A DNA stretch of 64,000 nucleotides, from assembly GCF_000150275.1 (NCBI RefSeq), contig NW_002060948.1, positions 5,316,336 through 5,380,335 of the forward strand, read 5' to 3'. Below are positions 12,821-26,860 of this stretch, one piece after another. Under the pieces are notes generated by a model. The model was not told the DNA's origin. It searched no databases and saw nothing but the letters and a program-made list of their open reading frames with translations. Made by a program: the position numbers and the translations under genes. The DNA comes from Trichoplax adhaerens (taxonomy: Eukaryota > Animalia > Placozoa). How positions within the stretch are numbered: position 1 is the stretch's first letter; each line of letters starts with the position of its first letter.

Positions 12821-14799
12821 CGTACATTACGATAGCAATGGATCTAATATTGATATGAATGATATCCTTACTTGTAGGGAAAATATGATTGCATTCAATT
12901 ATGAAATAACTGAAATCACATTGGTCCCAAAATAATGGATGGACAATCTTAGTTTGCTAAAATAAAACTTGATGCACTTATAACACTTTATGTTTACACT
13001 TAGCAAGGTTGATAAAATAAAATTTAATTTATTGATTATGTGTAACTAATTATAATTAACTAGTACAAAGTCCCATCGTTATGCTGACGGATTACGTTGT
13101 TATAATATTACAAACTCCCGTCGCTTTGGTGGCGGATTATATTCTTATAATATGATACTTATAGAATATTATTTTACAATAATACTTCAGACGTGACTCG
13201 GCCTTGTCCTCATTTACTACACTAATCCATGATGGTCATTTTACGGATTCCAGTAGTACTCTTCTATACGTTAACGTTACAAAATATATCACAGTTACTA
13301 TTCAGGAATTTGATTTTACCCAGTAATGAGAGGTTATTAACATCCATTCACGTTAAAAGTGATGATTTAAACAGTTATGTATAATGCATTACATGAAGAT
13401 AATAAATGTAATGAGCCATTTACTCTCTTACATCAGAATGTACTATAAATTTGTTACTTTTCTATTTTAAGACTAAGAAATCAATATTCAACGCGGCAAA
13501 CTATGTGCAATACCTAAAGTTCACTACTATACTTGGCTGTATGTCTCAATCACCTGAATAGTACCATACGGTGGGCCAGAGGTATTTCTAGTTCAAATCG
13601 ATGACACCTGTTAACGCTAATGCTACAGTGTCCACTCACCACTATACAGTGAAAATACTGTAAAGTACAGTACTTAATACTGTGAGGTACTGTACTGTCA
13701 TGAATCACTAAAAGAAAACCCGGGTCGGACCGGACCGGATCGGAACGGACATAGATTAACAACCCCACCCAAAGCAGACAGAGATTGGCCGAAAATGGAA
13801 AAAAAAAAAATAAAAAATAGTGTAAGAAGGAGGAGTTAGTATGGACATCTTCGATCTGCTTTTTCGGCAGTACATGCACGAATTTGAACACATTGATGGG
13901 TTATAGAACTCATCCACGGTACAATATTATAGATTCAAGTTAATTTCAACCAAAGATCGCTTCATAAAAAGAATAGAGTAACTGAGTTAATCGTGAATGT
14001 GGCATACTAGAGTAACAACGTTGGATGGTATTTGGAAGAGTAAATTACAACATGAGTCGAAAATATGACATTTCGTGTCCAGTCCAGGTGTTATTTTAGT
14101 AGTGCAGATTGGGGATACTCTACTGTATTTTGAAGCGTACAATTGATGTCAACTAGTAGACACCATATAGGTAAAAGGAAAAAATTGACTTGTTATACTT
14201 TGCGTACTGTTCTTGTGCTTGCTACTTTACTCTACCATGCACTAATATTAGCTAGGGAGACCACCGGCAAGGCAGCGGGTGATGATTTTGCAGCATATTG
14301 CTCGTAGTGTAGAGCCAGTTTTATATACAGTATATCTGATATACGGACACGTATCGTATAGCTACTAGGTTTTCGCCTAAAGAAAACGAGAGAGGGACAG
14401 GGAATGATTTTTCATAGACCAAAATATCAGGACCGAGTACAATATGTTGCTGGTCATTTTAACTGTACTATGCTGAACATCACCACCGCGCTTGCAAATT
14501 AGCTGCCATCGTTTTGTACAGTTTGAGATGGTCACAACTCGAGTATCCTATGTAAGGTTACATTTCAAGAGCAAAATGATCTGATAGTATTCTTGATATT
14601 AATTGTTTTAAAATCATCCAGTCTAATAGCACATCGACCAATAGCTGGTTACAGTTACTGTAAGAAAAAACAGGATAATGTATGTCATCCTATTTGAACA
14701 AGTCCTGCATCTCGTAATCTGAAACATGAATTAATTAATTAATCTACCAATTTATATGGACTATAGTTGCAATCGGACAGTGCAATTTCCTTTTTTTTT

Positions 14800-16100
14800 T
14801 TTTATTTCCTTTAATAGCAAACAGCTGGAGATATTTTGAAGTAACTGGATTAAAATATCAGTTATGTAGTCTTATTTATTATTTGGATAGTACTTTCTTC
14901 AAAAATATGCTATCAGTTCAAAACTGAATAATTAGTCAGACGACTATTATAATAATTATTTTATCCAAGCAACCTAAATCATAGTATCTTTGACAAATCT
15001 TAAATCCTTCAATCGATAGTAGAAGATGATTTGATGCACTTTTACACGCTTATGACCGTAAAAGACTCCAAGATCAGTAGCAGCTTACTTCTATGCCTTA
15101 TAGTAATCCTTCATAAAGTACAATGCTTGAGTCAGTTAGATGTATCAGGAGAATACTCGTATTTGTTATTCGTTTACAGAACACCATTTGCCATTAACAA
15201 TTCACGCCTATATGCACGAGACCAGCTAGTTCTCCAAAAGGCCCAGCCCATACATCTCCATCAGTAGTAGAAAACAAACATTTCTATAATTTGTGCCGAG
15301 CCTATAGACTTGAATAAAATTATGGGACATACGCAGTCTCAATCGTGATTAGCCGTTGCAACAAATGATTTTTTTATTATATTTATTGCATTTACCAATA
15401 AACTTCATCATACAGGATTAACTAAAGTTAGATTTGGAGGCTACCATTAAAATTTACTGACGATTCCTAATGATGATCCTGTTACAAAATATCAAGCATC
15501 ACCACAGAAATTAAATTAAATAGAGCTAATAATTTATCGTTCCATCACGAATATCGTCTATCTTTTTTTATTAAAACATGATACCGCATAAGTCATTAGC
15601 ATTGCTGAAACGGCAACATAAAACTTAGTATATTAGGTTTCATAATAGCTAAAGAAGTACAGCCATACAAGTTTTACATATTAGCAATATCAGCATCGAA
15701 AATCCTGATCGTAATTACAAGCATAAAGATATTTTGCTTACCGTTAATTGATGGAAATTAAACTTAGCGCTGTAATAATGTCTGATTACAGACCCTTTCA
15801 ATAACGCAAACTGTACTTGTGACTTGCACTACCCGTCTACCCCTAACCTTATTAATGTGCATCGTATACGAACATGCATAATAAACTAAAAGGGTCCAAT
15901 AAGGACTACACATGGAAGCAGAACTGTTGTTGGCGCTAGCTTAAGGCTGGAAATACTTTATTTTCTCAACAGTAACCCACATTGAACGCAGTTTTCTAGA
16001 TCAATTTCACCCAAATAAGTTGTAAAGCTACACTTAATATTCCTTTGTATCCCTAATTATGCTATATACGTATTTTGCTGCCACGATGATTCGATATTAA
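14800..16100 (+). repeat. Duplicated upstream region of paralog 3, homologous to about 6190-7460 upstream of paralog 2
   Basis: Collinear shared blocks include ctggagatattttg, tatgctatcagttcaaaa.tgaataa, tttaccaataaacttcatc, gaaaatcctga and atggaagca.aactgtt. Confidence 0.85.
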
Positions 16101-16996
16101 TTACGACTATTTGCCTTCTTGCTACAATCAAGTTCAATTTCTTGATTTATTTTAGATAATTAATTAAAGTCTATATTGAAACATCAATACATTGAGTTTT
16201 TGGAGAGTATAATACTTTTGCCTTAGTATCAGTTTATAGATACAATCGAGTTAGTGTTAATTTTGTATTTATTGTTTTACTGGGCTGCATCTATTTAATG
16301 CATATCAGGGTCATCATTGTCTACTTACTATTTTTTGTCATCCAACAGAATTTGTGTCAATAGCCTATTAAAGCGATTGTACCTTCATAGACCTCTAGGC
16401 ACTGGAGTACTGTACTATATGCTAATTTTTTATCATACAGTACTTGATAATGAATTAAACTCCATCAATGAATATAATGAAATTAATTGTATACTATACT
16501 TAATATATTGTTGTACATGGCCGTCCTTCAATGACTTAAGTAAATATACTTATGCTCCTTAGTTACATAACATTAGCGTATTATTTAATGAGCTATAAGT
16601 AAGACGGGACGGTATATGAATGAAATAAAAATGAAAAAGTACCATCAACTCGACACTATTTGCTATTTTTATGACTAAATCAAGCAAATTATCATATTTA
16701 AAAGAGTTTTAATATGAAGCGTATTAACTTATCCGTACATGTATCTTCAAACGTAAAAATGTATCATGACGATAACCTTAGTGTGTAGTTCTATATGGAG
16801 TTAAAAATATTACTTCTGTTTGAACCAACGTTGAAGCGTATAAAACAAATCGCTGTATTATCTTCTTCCTTGATCTCATATCGCGCCCACAGTCTCGTAG
16901 AAAAAAGGAAAGGATAATTACTGGAAGAAAAGTCTGAACAAAAGATATTTAAATTTACTTCAAACTGCAGGACATTTCTTATATTATTTCGCTTAA

Positions 16997-17017
16997 GACC
17001 ACCCCGGTATTACGTCA
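16997..17017 (+). promoter_or_regulatory. Conserved proximal promoter module GACCACCC...TTACGTCA (variants at 7478-7498, 29709-29731, 39038-39075)
   Basis: Similar motif pair 150-190 bp upstream of the ATG in four paralogs. Confidence 0.5.
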
Positions 17018-17169
17018 AAAATAGTTACAAAAAAATAAATACATTGCTACAATACAATACAAATACAAGGATACATTGCCTGTATAATGTGCCATATTTC
17101 TGCGAGATATGTTACTGGTAATTAAGTGAGTCACCACTTCGGGAATAAAATCTCTTCGTAACATTAGCA

Positions 17170-20100
17170 ATGGCGACTCATTCCAATGATGATACAACGA
17201 CAGAAAACTGCCAACAGGAAAATCACGACGGTACTACCAAGGTATAATAGTTTCACTTGGTACAAATAAAATAGGTGTTAGCAACTTATGTTTTATATCA
17301 CTTGTGTTTTAGCAACGGTTGATATCTTTCTCTAATGTTACAATCAATTAAGGGCTAGGTTAACGTTTTTAAATATCAAGATAAAGTCTTGATGAATAAA
17401 TTTACTGTTGCTGCGGATATCGATTTCGCTAACTTTATTGAGTGCTAATAGATAATCCAATATTCTAAATGTCATATTAACATTCAGATTATTAATTATA
17501 TCTTTTTTATTCTATCATTTCAATCCATTTAAATCATGATCCAGAATGATAAGAAACGCTTTGGTAAGTATATGATGCCCATCGATTATGATTGATTTTT
17601 CTATTGCGAAATATATTCATTAAAATAATTAATCAAACCATTCTGGATCACTTTTTTTAGTTATCTATGAACTTCATGAAGTTCCTCCATTTCTATATAC
17701 TATTGGTCTAGGTTTACAAGTAATGACTTAGTCTTACATGAACTCGGGTTTAATTCTACGATAGTAATATGACTGGTTCTTTTTTACTAGATTGATTTTA
17801 TTTTCATTAAACATTTTCAATATTATTACAGTGAACTCTTGGCGCTATTCGAGTATAATTGATTGATTAATAACTGTTCCTATTATTTTCTATAGCATTA
17901 CTTGACTATGTTTGGGGCTACTATTTCTTTACCATTTGTGCTAGCGGCACCTCTGTGCATTGGGAATAACAATCCATTAGCTATAAGCGACTTGATTTCC
18001 ACCATTTTTTTTGTATCTGGCATTGCTACGTTATTGCAAGCAACATTTGGTATCAGGTTTGTCACAATTTTATTATTTGTATAACTCGTATTACCGTGGA
18101 TTGGTTCAAATACGGATGTAGTTATGTACTTACTAAATCAGAACAGAGGAACTAAAACTCTAGTTTTATTTTACTGTCAGTCTTTTGGATTTTTGAGCTA
18201 ATCAAGATTGAGCGATTTAATTTCCGCAGCATTATTAAACTCAGCCTGCTATAAATTGCTAACAGTTTATATGATAGCAGTGATTCTACCGTTACGCAAA
18301 TGGCTCGCATATCTAATTATAATTAACTTAGTGATCAAATTGTTCATGGTATCATCAATAGACATGTTACTAACTACAGTCAGTGGCGCAAAGGTCTTAC
18401 CTAATTTTATTCTAACTATTGACCTAGAACCCTTTTATTATGAATAAGAAATGAAAATAGCTAGCTTCTATACGAAAAGTTATCGGTAGACATACAACCT
18501 TTAACGCCCGCTATAATGTAGTTTTTTTTGTATCGTATAATACACCTATTTTAACTACATAGTGCTGCACTTTCGTGATTGTTTACATAACTATAGTCAT
18601 TTCATTAACAAATAAATGATTAACAAACAAAATTTACAGGCTGCCAATCGTGCAAGGAGGATCCTTTGCCTTTGTAGCACCAATTGTCGCTATTATGGCA
18701 CTTGATAAATGGAAGGATACTTGTAGTCCGAATGTTTTGCCTTGGGCAAGTAAGTTATTTTAAAGAATTTTATTATCATCTTCTTCGCTCATGTTTCGCT
18801 ATATACCATGTACACTTGTACAGTACATGATTAACATTTATCAGAATAGTGTAGTATATGCTTGCATTATTCTTTCTTGACCCACTTATATATGCTATCA
18901 CTTTATTGATTGCCAGATATAAGTTGAGGGTGAGGCAATGAAAGAATACTTTATTGCTAACTAAATAACATTTTCCTTGATGATCTACGTAGACCTGACA
19001 TTGGCCCAGCAAAGAAATCAAACAGAAATGTGGCAATCTCGCATACGAGAGGTAAATTTTCTTTATATAGTTAGTTAGCCAGTTGTAATGGCTAAGTAAC
19101 GGTAGGACGATAAATTTACACATTTCTGTAGAAATGTAATTATGTCTTCTTTATAAAGCCAAAGTCTAGATAATTTTAAGGTCTTCAATATATTTACTAT
19201 ACTAACAACTTGTTTATATTTAAACTACCAGCGTATGTTCAAGCTAGTAATAATAATCTTATATTTATCAAAAGATCCAAGGAGGTATCATGCTATCATC
19301 GCTGTTTCAAATAATCATTGGTTTTTCTGGTATAATTGGACTTTGTCTAAGATTTATTGGACCGATCACTATTGCTCCTACGATTACTTTGGTTGGATTA
19401 ACGTTAATCGATGCGGCTACATTTTATTCGTGTAAGGAAATGATTAATATTTATATCTGATTAATAGAACTTCAATTGTGTAGAGATTTATAGTCATATA
19501 TTTACTTATGATAATCTGTTTATAGTAAAATAAATTTCAAATATTAATTTCTTTAATATTGACTATATGTTATCCATTTTCATTATAGCTTCTCATTGGG
19601 GCATGGCGTTATTGTAAATATAATTTATATTATAATGAAGTAAAATGTTAAATCATATTACTCAAACTAAATTTAAATGTTAGAAAAAATGATTCCTAAT
19701 AGGCGTATTTCGCTCTTTACGCATTGAATTTTTAGGACAATATTCTTTATTGCCCTTTTCTCACAAGTTCTGGAAAGATTTCCTGTCCCAATGCCCGCTT
19801 TCAAAAGAGGAAAAGGCTGTTATGTCACTAGAGTTCACATATTCAGGCTCTTCCCGGTATGAAATTAGTTGAAGTAAATTTTATCCTTATTAGAAGTGAG
19901 ATGCAGTAATACAGCATCAAACTTTGCGATAAGAATGGTTTTAGAATAGTATAAAATTAATCCTTTATCTTATATACGTAAATATTATAAAGGTAAAATA
20001 CTAAGATTATTTTGAGATCGATATAAATAATAAAATCTTCAGAAAATAGTAAACTGGAGTAACCTTTGTGTTTTATAAGTAGTCTCCAATTCGTCTGCAT

Positions 20101-21522
20101 ATGATGTAGTAATGATATTTAGAGTATAACATATCAATATTCTGATAAATTTCCCTAAATTTAGGTATTGATTGCTATCATAGTATCATGGATCGTATCG
20201 GCTATCCTTACAGCTGCTGGTGCTTTCCCTTCTGATCGAACTAATCCAACTTACTTTGCTAGAACCGATGCAAGAATTTCTGTACTGGAAACGTCACCGT
20301 GGTTTCGATTTCCATATCCTTGTATGATGAGTGCATTAACAAATGACTTTAACTCCTAATATAATATTATATGAATACAAATTATTACAATTTTACTGTA
20401 ATCATCAAGTTAATATAGTCATATAACTGATTAACTATCTAACTTTTTTAGATTAATGGAATTACGCATATTTTAATATCATATTGACTCAATTTACTGA
20501 TTACAATTAATTTAACTTTAGTCCAATGGGGTACACCAACAATCTCTGTTGCTAGTGTATTTGGTATGTTAGCGGGAGTATTGGCATCTATGATCGAATC
20601 GATTGGCGATTATTACGCTTGTGCTAGACTTGCTGGTGCTAAACCTCCACCGACACACGCTATTAATCGCGGTATCGGTATGGAAGGAATAGGATGTGTA
20701 TTAGCTGGGATGATTGGCACTGGTAGTGGAACGACCTCATACAGTGAAAATATTGGAGCCATTGGTATAACTAGGGTAGGTTATGATTTTTTTAAATAGT
20801 TTTATTAACGAGAGAGACAAAGTATCAATACGGTTGTATCATGAATTGAATGTAAAATAATCTGTGATTTTTCCCGTTTCGTTATATCGAAGGTGGCTAG
20901 TCGTGCTGTAATCCAATGTGGAGCAGTAATAATGATCATCTTAGCTATTATAAGCAAATTTGGAGCGCTTTTTGCATCGATACCTAATCCTGTTGTCGGC
21001 GGCGTTTTTATTGTTATGTTTGGACTAGTAACGGCAGTCGGTATATCCAATCTGCAATTCTGTAATATGAATTTGCCAAGAAATATCTTTATCGTTGGTT
21101 TGTCACTCATTTTTGGTATGGCTTTTCCTACTTGGCTGAGAACGGGCACTAATTCATCTGTAATTAAAACTACTGTAAAAGAACTAGATCAAATTATTGT
21201 CGTTTTACTCAGTACTAACATTGCTATTGGAGGATTGGTAGCTTTAATCCTTGATAATGTAATACCTGGTACTTTGGAAGATCGTGGTATGCATATTTGG
21301 CATCAAGAATCTTCGAAGGCATCAAATCAGATGAGTAATGAATACGTGAAAGAAATGAAAAGAACATATGATCTTCCGTTTGGACTGTCCAATTTCTTTC
21401 ATAAATTTACATGTACAAAATACCTGCCATTCTGTCCACCGCGTTACGATGATTTGACCGATGAATCAGAGCAATATCTAGATCCAGAGACTGGAAAAGA
21501 ATATCTTAGTTATAGATTATAA
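17170..21522 (+). CDS. SLC23/NAT nucleobase transporter, paralog 3 (12 exons, about 607 aa)
   Basis: Exons 17170-17241, 17545-17563, 17661-17719, 17896-18056, 18640-18749, 18993-19051, 19275-19431, 19589-19613, 19736-19856, 20165-20321, 20522-20775, 20893-21522. Motifs: [24 protein letters not shown]. Confidence 0.93.
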
Positions 21523-21589
21523 GTAACTAATTAATAGCATAGCAGTAATTATTAATTACTTTACTTTCAAATTTCGAACTATTACTTCC

Positions 21590-22270
21590 TGTAGTGCAGC
21601 CCCAAATATAGCTTAGATTACTATTATAAGACTGTACGAGAATAACTTAACTTGTAAGCTAGAGTGTAAGATTGTGTAAGAGTCTATTTGTAGAAGACGT
21701 TTACAATACGTATTGCAGCGAATCTATTAAGATGTTTATATAAAGATCTGAGATATAAATAGATTTGCGCTAAGTATGCTAGTACTGTAAGTATTGTATT
21801 GTAATGCTTTAAATAGACGCGCGATTTATGAATAGATTGCGCGATAGTAAATTTATATCTGATCTTGCGACTTAATGGGCAAGATAAGATTTGTTACAGT
21901 AAAAGCATTCTGCAACTAATCGTGTATAAATCGTGAATTTTGCTGTAATAAGTAGATTGTCAGATAGTCAGATAGTCCTTGGTAGTTAGACGAACCTAAC
22001 TTCTGTAATAAAGTGAAATTTGCAAGAAACTGTAGTTCTTGATTCATTGTTTTGAAGATCACTTTATCACACTTCCATTTTTCATGATAAATAATAGTTA
22101 TTAATCTAACTAAAATACCTAATATCATGTGATAAAATTATTAATTTAAACGTATACTTTAACGTATTTGATAGAGAGAGGATAAACTTTTAGATCAGTT
22201 TAATATAAATGGCTTTATGATTTGAGTGAGGTTGTAGTAGTAAATTTTACAGTAACTGAATGCATGTTTG
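21590..22270 (+). mobile_element. Solo-LTR-like dispersed repeat, copy 2 (right end approximate)
   Basis: Starts TGTAGTGCAGCCCCAAATATAGCTT, the reverse complement of 12796-12820 with few mismatches. TATATAAA about 21737, AATAAA about 22007. Interrupts the paralog-3 3' flank, whose similarity to the paralog-1 flank resumes near 22390. Confidence 0.55.
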
Positions 22271-25200
22271 TTGTGATATCCTTTTGGACTAGATTAATGT
22301 AGTAAAGTGAACGTTGCACACTAGGGCTTTCCATTGCAAACTATTAATGAAAATAAAGTTTATGGTAGCAATAACTAAAAATCGTTGAATATGAGATACT
22401 TTTTATTCTATGATAACAAAAGCTAAATATAGTTTATCCTTGGATTGATTTTTGCTCTCGTGACTGATCTAAGTTGATAGCAATTATTATAGTAAATAAA
22501 TTGAATACAGTAATACTGTGCTGTAGCATTAACGCAAGGGGAAAATACATTTATCATACCATTTTGCAAGTAATTTTAGCAACAAAAGTTCAATAATGCT
22601 ATTAAACGATGATTGTTGTCAGTATATTCTGTTAGCCAGTGGTGTTTTAAGACATTCTAGACAACCTTGTTTATAGTCTTGGTTATATAAACTGTATCGA
22701 TTTTTGATATACCTCTATTTACTTTACTTTGTGTAATTACATTTTAAGAAGAACAGTAAATGTTATTCAATAAATCATTACCCGAATTTACTTTATAGAA
22801 ATGGACAATGCATACAGAATATCGTGATTGTCTTTTATAGTACTTGATATCAGTTATAATTTGAAATACAGTATAAGTATATTAAATAATGTTCAAGCAT
22901 TTATAAATAGTACCGTTATGGTATTCTTTACGGAATCGTTCACATACCGAATTTTAGACACCGATTGGCCACTGCACTGTTCACTACAGATCAGTTAATC
23001 TATCATTTCAAGTATCTTATTAAACAATTTGCAAGATCTGCAGGATGTTATAGTACCATTTGATAAGTTCTACGGATAACCTGCATCTAACATGCCGTTT
23101 ACGCCGTAAAAACCATATATATATGTTGCTAAGATGATTGATTTTTCCGGGACAAAATTTTTTCGCCATCTCCATATCCAGGACCTAATGTTGACCGATG
23201 ATACTGTATAAGGTATCTTGTAAAATATTTTTAACCTATAAGTGATCAACTCCATTACATAATATAGCAATTCTAAAGGAGCTATTTAAGAGCTATTTGT
23301 GAAGATAATACATTTCTAATAAAGTTTCTCAACGAAAACTTACGTATAATAAAAGTCAATAGATCGCATTTAATCGACTGTAAAGGTTCAGCTGCTTTCT
23401 GCTAAATTTATTATTAGTTGAAAAACATCTGTATACATGTAGTCAAGACACATAACGATTCAGAATATGATCATATGTTGAAGTTGATAAGAGATACTTA
23501 GAATGTCAAGGGAGTTTAAATTTAACAACGATTGAAAAACTTAAGGAATAACTATAATACTCTTAGCAAATTCGGTACCCCGTAAAAATTCCTTTCCACT
23601 ATTAGAGGAATAATTTAAAAAAATTTTAAAATATGAACTATGCATGAGTATAAAGAATCTGTGATAAAACCGACCACGTAATTAAATCCGTAATATAGCG
23701 CTTGTGAGCCACATGGTTTTGACTAAAATTGCCTTAAAACTGAATCCGATTGTTTCAAATAAAATTAGCGTTATGATACAGGTAAATTGTGTCTGAACTT
23801 TATGAGATTTTTGTTTTCCTAAATGATGCAAAGTATTTTTCTCAAGTTAATTTCGGAATGATTGATCTATAAATGTTTAGTTTTAAATACCATCAAGAAC
23901 TGTATGAAGCCTATAAATAGTAGTACAACCAGAAAACTAAAAGTTAAGAGTAAAATAGAGCTATTTTGAAGGATTACTTGAAATTCAAATACATTCTATC
24001 TCGGTTGGCTATGAATGAAATTGTTCACTTTTTTTGTAAGGTTACTTGGTTATTGACACTTTAGTCCTGTCTTTCCTTATCATTTTACTAAAAATCTTGG
24101 TAATTAGTTATTTTAAAGGTTATTTGACCTTATCTTTCTCATAGGTTTTTAATAAATTGTTGTTTTATCATTTCCCGATTTACTTGGCGTTAAAGTGCCG
24201 TTAAGTCGACTAGATTGCGCGAAGTGGAATCGAAACTTAATAATAGTTTTTGAAAATTTGATTTCACTACGTATTATTTATTTTATTACATATGTTTGCT
24301 AATTGAGCCAAAATTGTGCATATTGATATTTTACATTTAAAATTCGAGATACGTTATCAAAATATTGAATCAACTATTTCATTGATAAGCACAATCAATC
24401 GGATTCCTTTCAATTAATTTTAAACTACAAAACAAAAGCCAAGGCAGTAATTAGATTACCAACCATTTATTTCTTTAATGGATTTTCGCTCCTCAGGTAT
24501 TGATAAATGTAACTGTATCATTTAACGTAATTAATTTGATAATGTTGAGGCGGGCAGTATCTAGGTTGAAATTTTTTAATTATAGAGTAATAGTAAGACT
24601 AAAGCTTAGGCGATATTCAATGTTATAATTGCTCTATTATCCAAATGGGAAAGATAAATCAAAATTGAACTCTTCAAGAAATTTTGATCTAATAATAAAA
24701 TAGCAAAATTGATCCTAATTAATAGCTATAATAATGGGCAATTCTTGCCAAACATTTATCTCTTTCGATGAATTTAATAGCATTTTCAGAAGCTAAAAAA
24801 GAGCATTACCGGTTGATATAACAGAAATTAACATAACGAATTTTTCATACAAAGTGCGATAAATATGGCCTTAGATAAGATCTACAAGAACTTAAAGAAA
24901 CTCTATTTCAATACTATACGACTATGAAAGGCTATTTTCAGTCGTATATTACGCACGCTAGCGTATGTATTCGTTTATTGACGTAATTTAATGAAATTGA
25001 ATTAGGAATGATTAATATTTAAAGGCATTTTATTACAAAGAATGATCTTCACACGAGAAAATATTAATTAGTATCTTGAATGGAGTGTAAAATCATACTA
25101 TATCAAATTGAATTATGCCTCAGGAATCTCTGGCATGATTAGTCTTTAAAACGATGATGAATGACGTTACTTAAATTTGCCATTCGACATTCCACATCCT

Positions 25201-25849
25201 ATTGAGTCTATTTACTGTAAAAGGAATTATAACCTTCCAATTAGGATAAATTAAAGATATTGATCAGGATTGCACAACATGCTACTTGTGTTTTAAGCGG
25301 TAAGCAAATAAACATCAAATTGTTTTTTCCAGCAACGAGTTGTCCATGACATGCAAGTTATCCTAGCCTAACCTAAAATCCTAGAGATAGTCTACGTGCC
25401 TAGCAAATTGTTATTACTACCTTGTACTCTATTTACTTACAGCTAGGATAAGAAGTGTTGAACTTGTTGGGTTATTATCTTTGCTATTAACACCTCAATT
25501 TAACTATTGTTTTACAAGATTATATCCTGGCCTTCACAGTTGACAGACATCTTCATTCTTAATTAATTTCTTATATGTCGAGTATAATATCCTCATTGCA
25601 TGATTTCCATTCGTAATAAATAGATCCATTAATAAGTTTTATAAGTAGTTAATTCAACGTCATCCATTCAGTAATCAGCGATTTCATTCCTCTTCGTAAT
25701 GGCCGAATATAACATTCATATTATCCAGTGTAGTAACCTCCAGTCATTCTGACATTAATTAATTTACTCTACATCTTTGGTCTAAAAAGTAAAGCTTATG
25801 AAATTGATCTATAATATAAGTTACTGGAGCAGTTTTGACTTCTAACTTC

Positions 25850-26860
25850 ACTATCATCGATTGATGTAATATCGATTACGACTGGTGTTGCACAAGCGAT
25901 CATATTGTCCATTTTTTTCTATATTGCATATTTCAATACTGTCGATTAAACAGTAATAATCTGATAGTAAGTTTGCAGCTCGTCGATGTTAAAAGACAGG
26001 CAATTTTTACTCTCCGTTGGAAACCCTCGATCGATCTATTATCGACCACAGTTGGTTTTGCATAAGCTATCACTTTGTTCATTCTTTCGAAGTCACTGAT
26101 TTCAATGGTATTGATTGAAAAGTTAATCATCCGATGATCAGTTTGCAGTCCATCAATTTTAAAAGATAGAAGCAATATGTCTTAGTTGAAGACTAGCCAT
26201 AGATCTATCACAAGCTATCATTTTGCTCATTCTTTCCAAGTTACTTATCTCATTACCATCGATTGAAGAGCAAATAATCTAATAGCTAGCTTGCAGCTAC
26301 TCGATGTTAAAAGGTAGAGGAGGTAATTTTTCTATTGAGTTAAAGATTTCAAGTGTATTATTGACTGATTGATTGATCTGATATCGATTAGTAGGTTAGA
26401 CAAGCTATGACTTTTTTCATTCTTTCTAAATCATTAGCTGCAATGCCATTGATTGAATGGTATATAATCTGATCGTTAGTTTGCAGTTAATGTTAATGGA
26501 TAGAGGCAATCCTTACTTCATAATAGTTAAATACTATCGATTGATCTGATATCGATTATGGTTGGAGTAGTATAAGCTATCATCTTTGTTTATTCTTCCA
26601 AATTACGTTATTTATCATCAGTACTATCGTCTGAAAAGTTAATAATCTGACTTCTAGCTTGCAGTTAATCAACGTTAAAAGATAGCGGCAACTTTTCTCC
26701 TTACTTGAAGATGATCGATTAATCTAATATCGATTATGGTTGGTATAGCACAGGCAGTAAGATCGTTCATTCTTTTGAAATCACTGATTTCAATACTATT
26801 AACTGAAAGTAAATAATCTGATAGCTAGTTTATAGTTAACAGATGTTAAAAGACAGACTA
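25850..26860. repeat. Degenerate tandem repeat, about 175-bp unit, about 6 copies
   Basis: Recurrent aagctatca.tttgttcattctt..aa.tcactgatttcaat..ataatctgat...agtttgcagt..gttaaaagatag near 25891, 26063, 26211, 26401, 26574, 26751. Confidence 0.8.
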
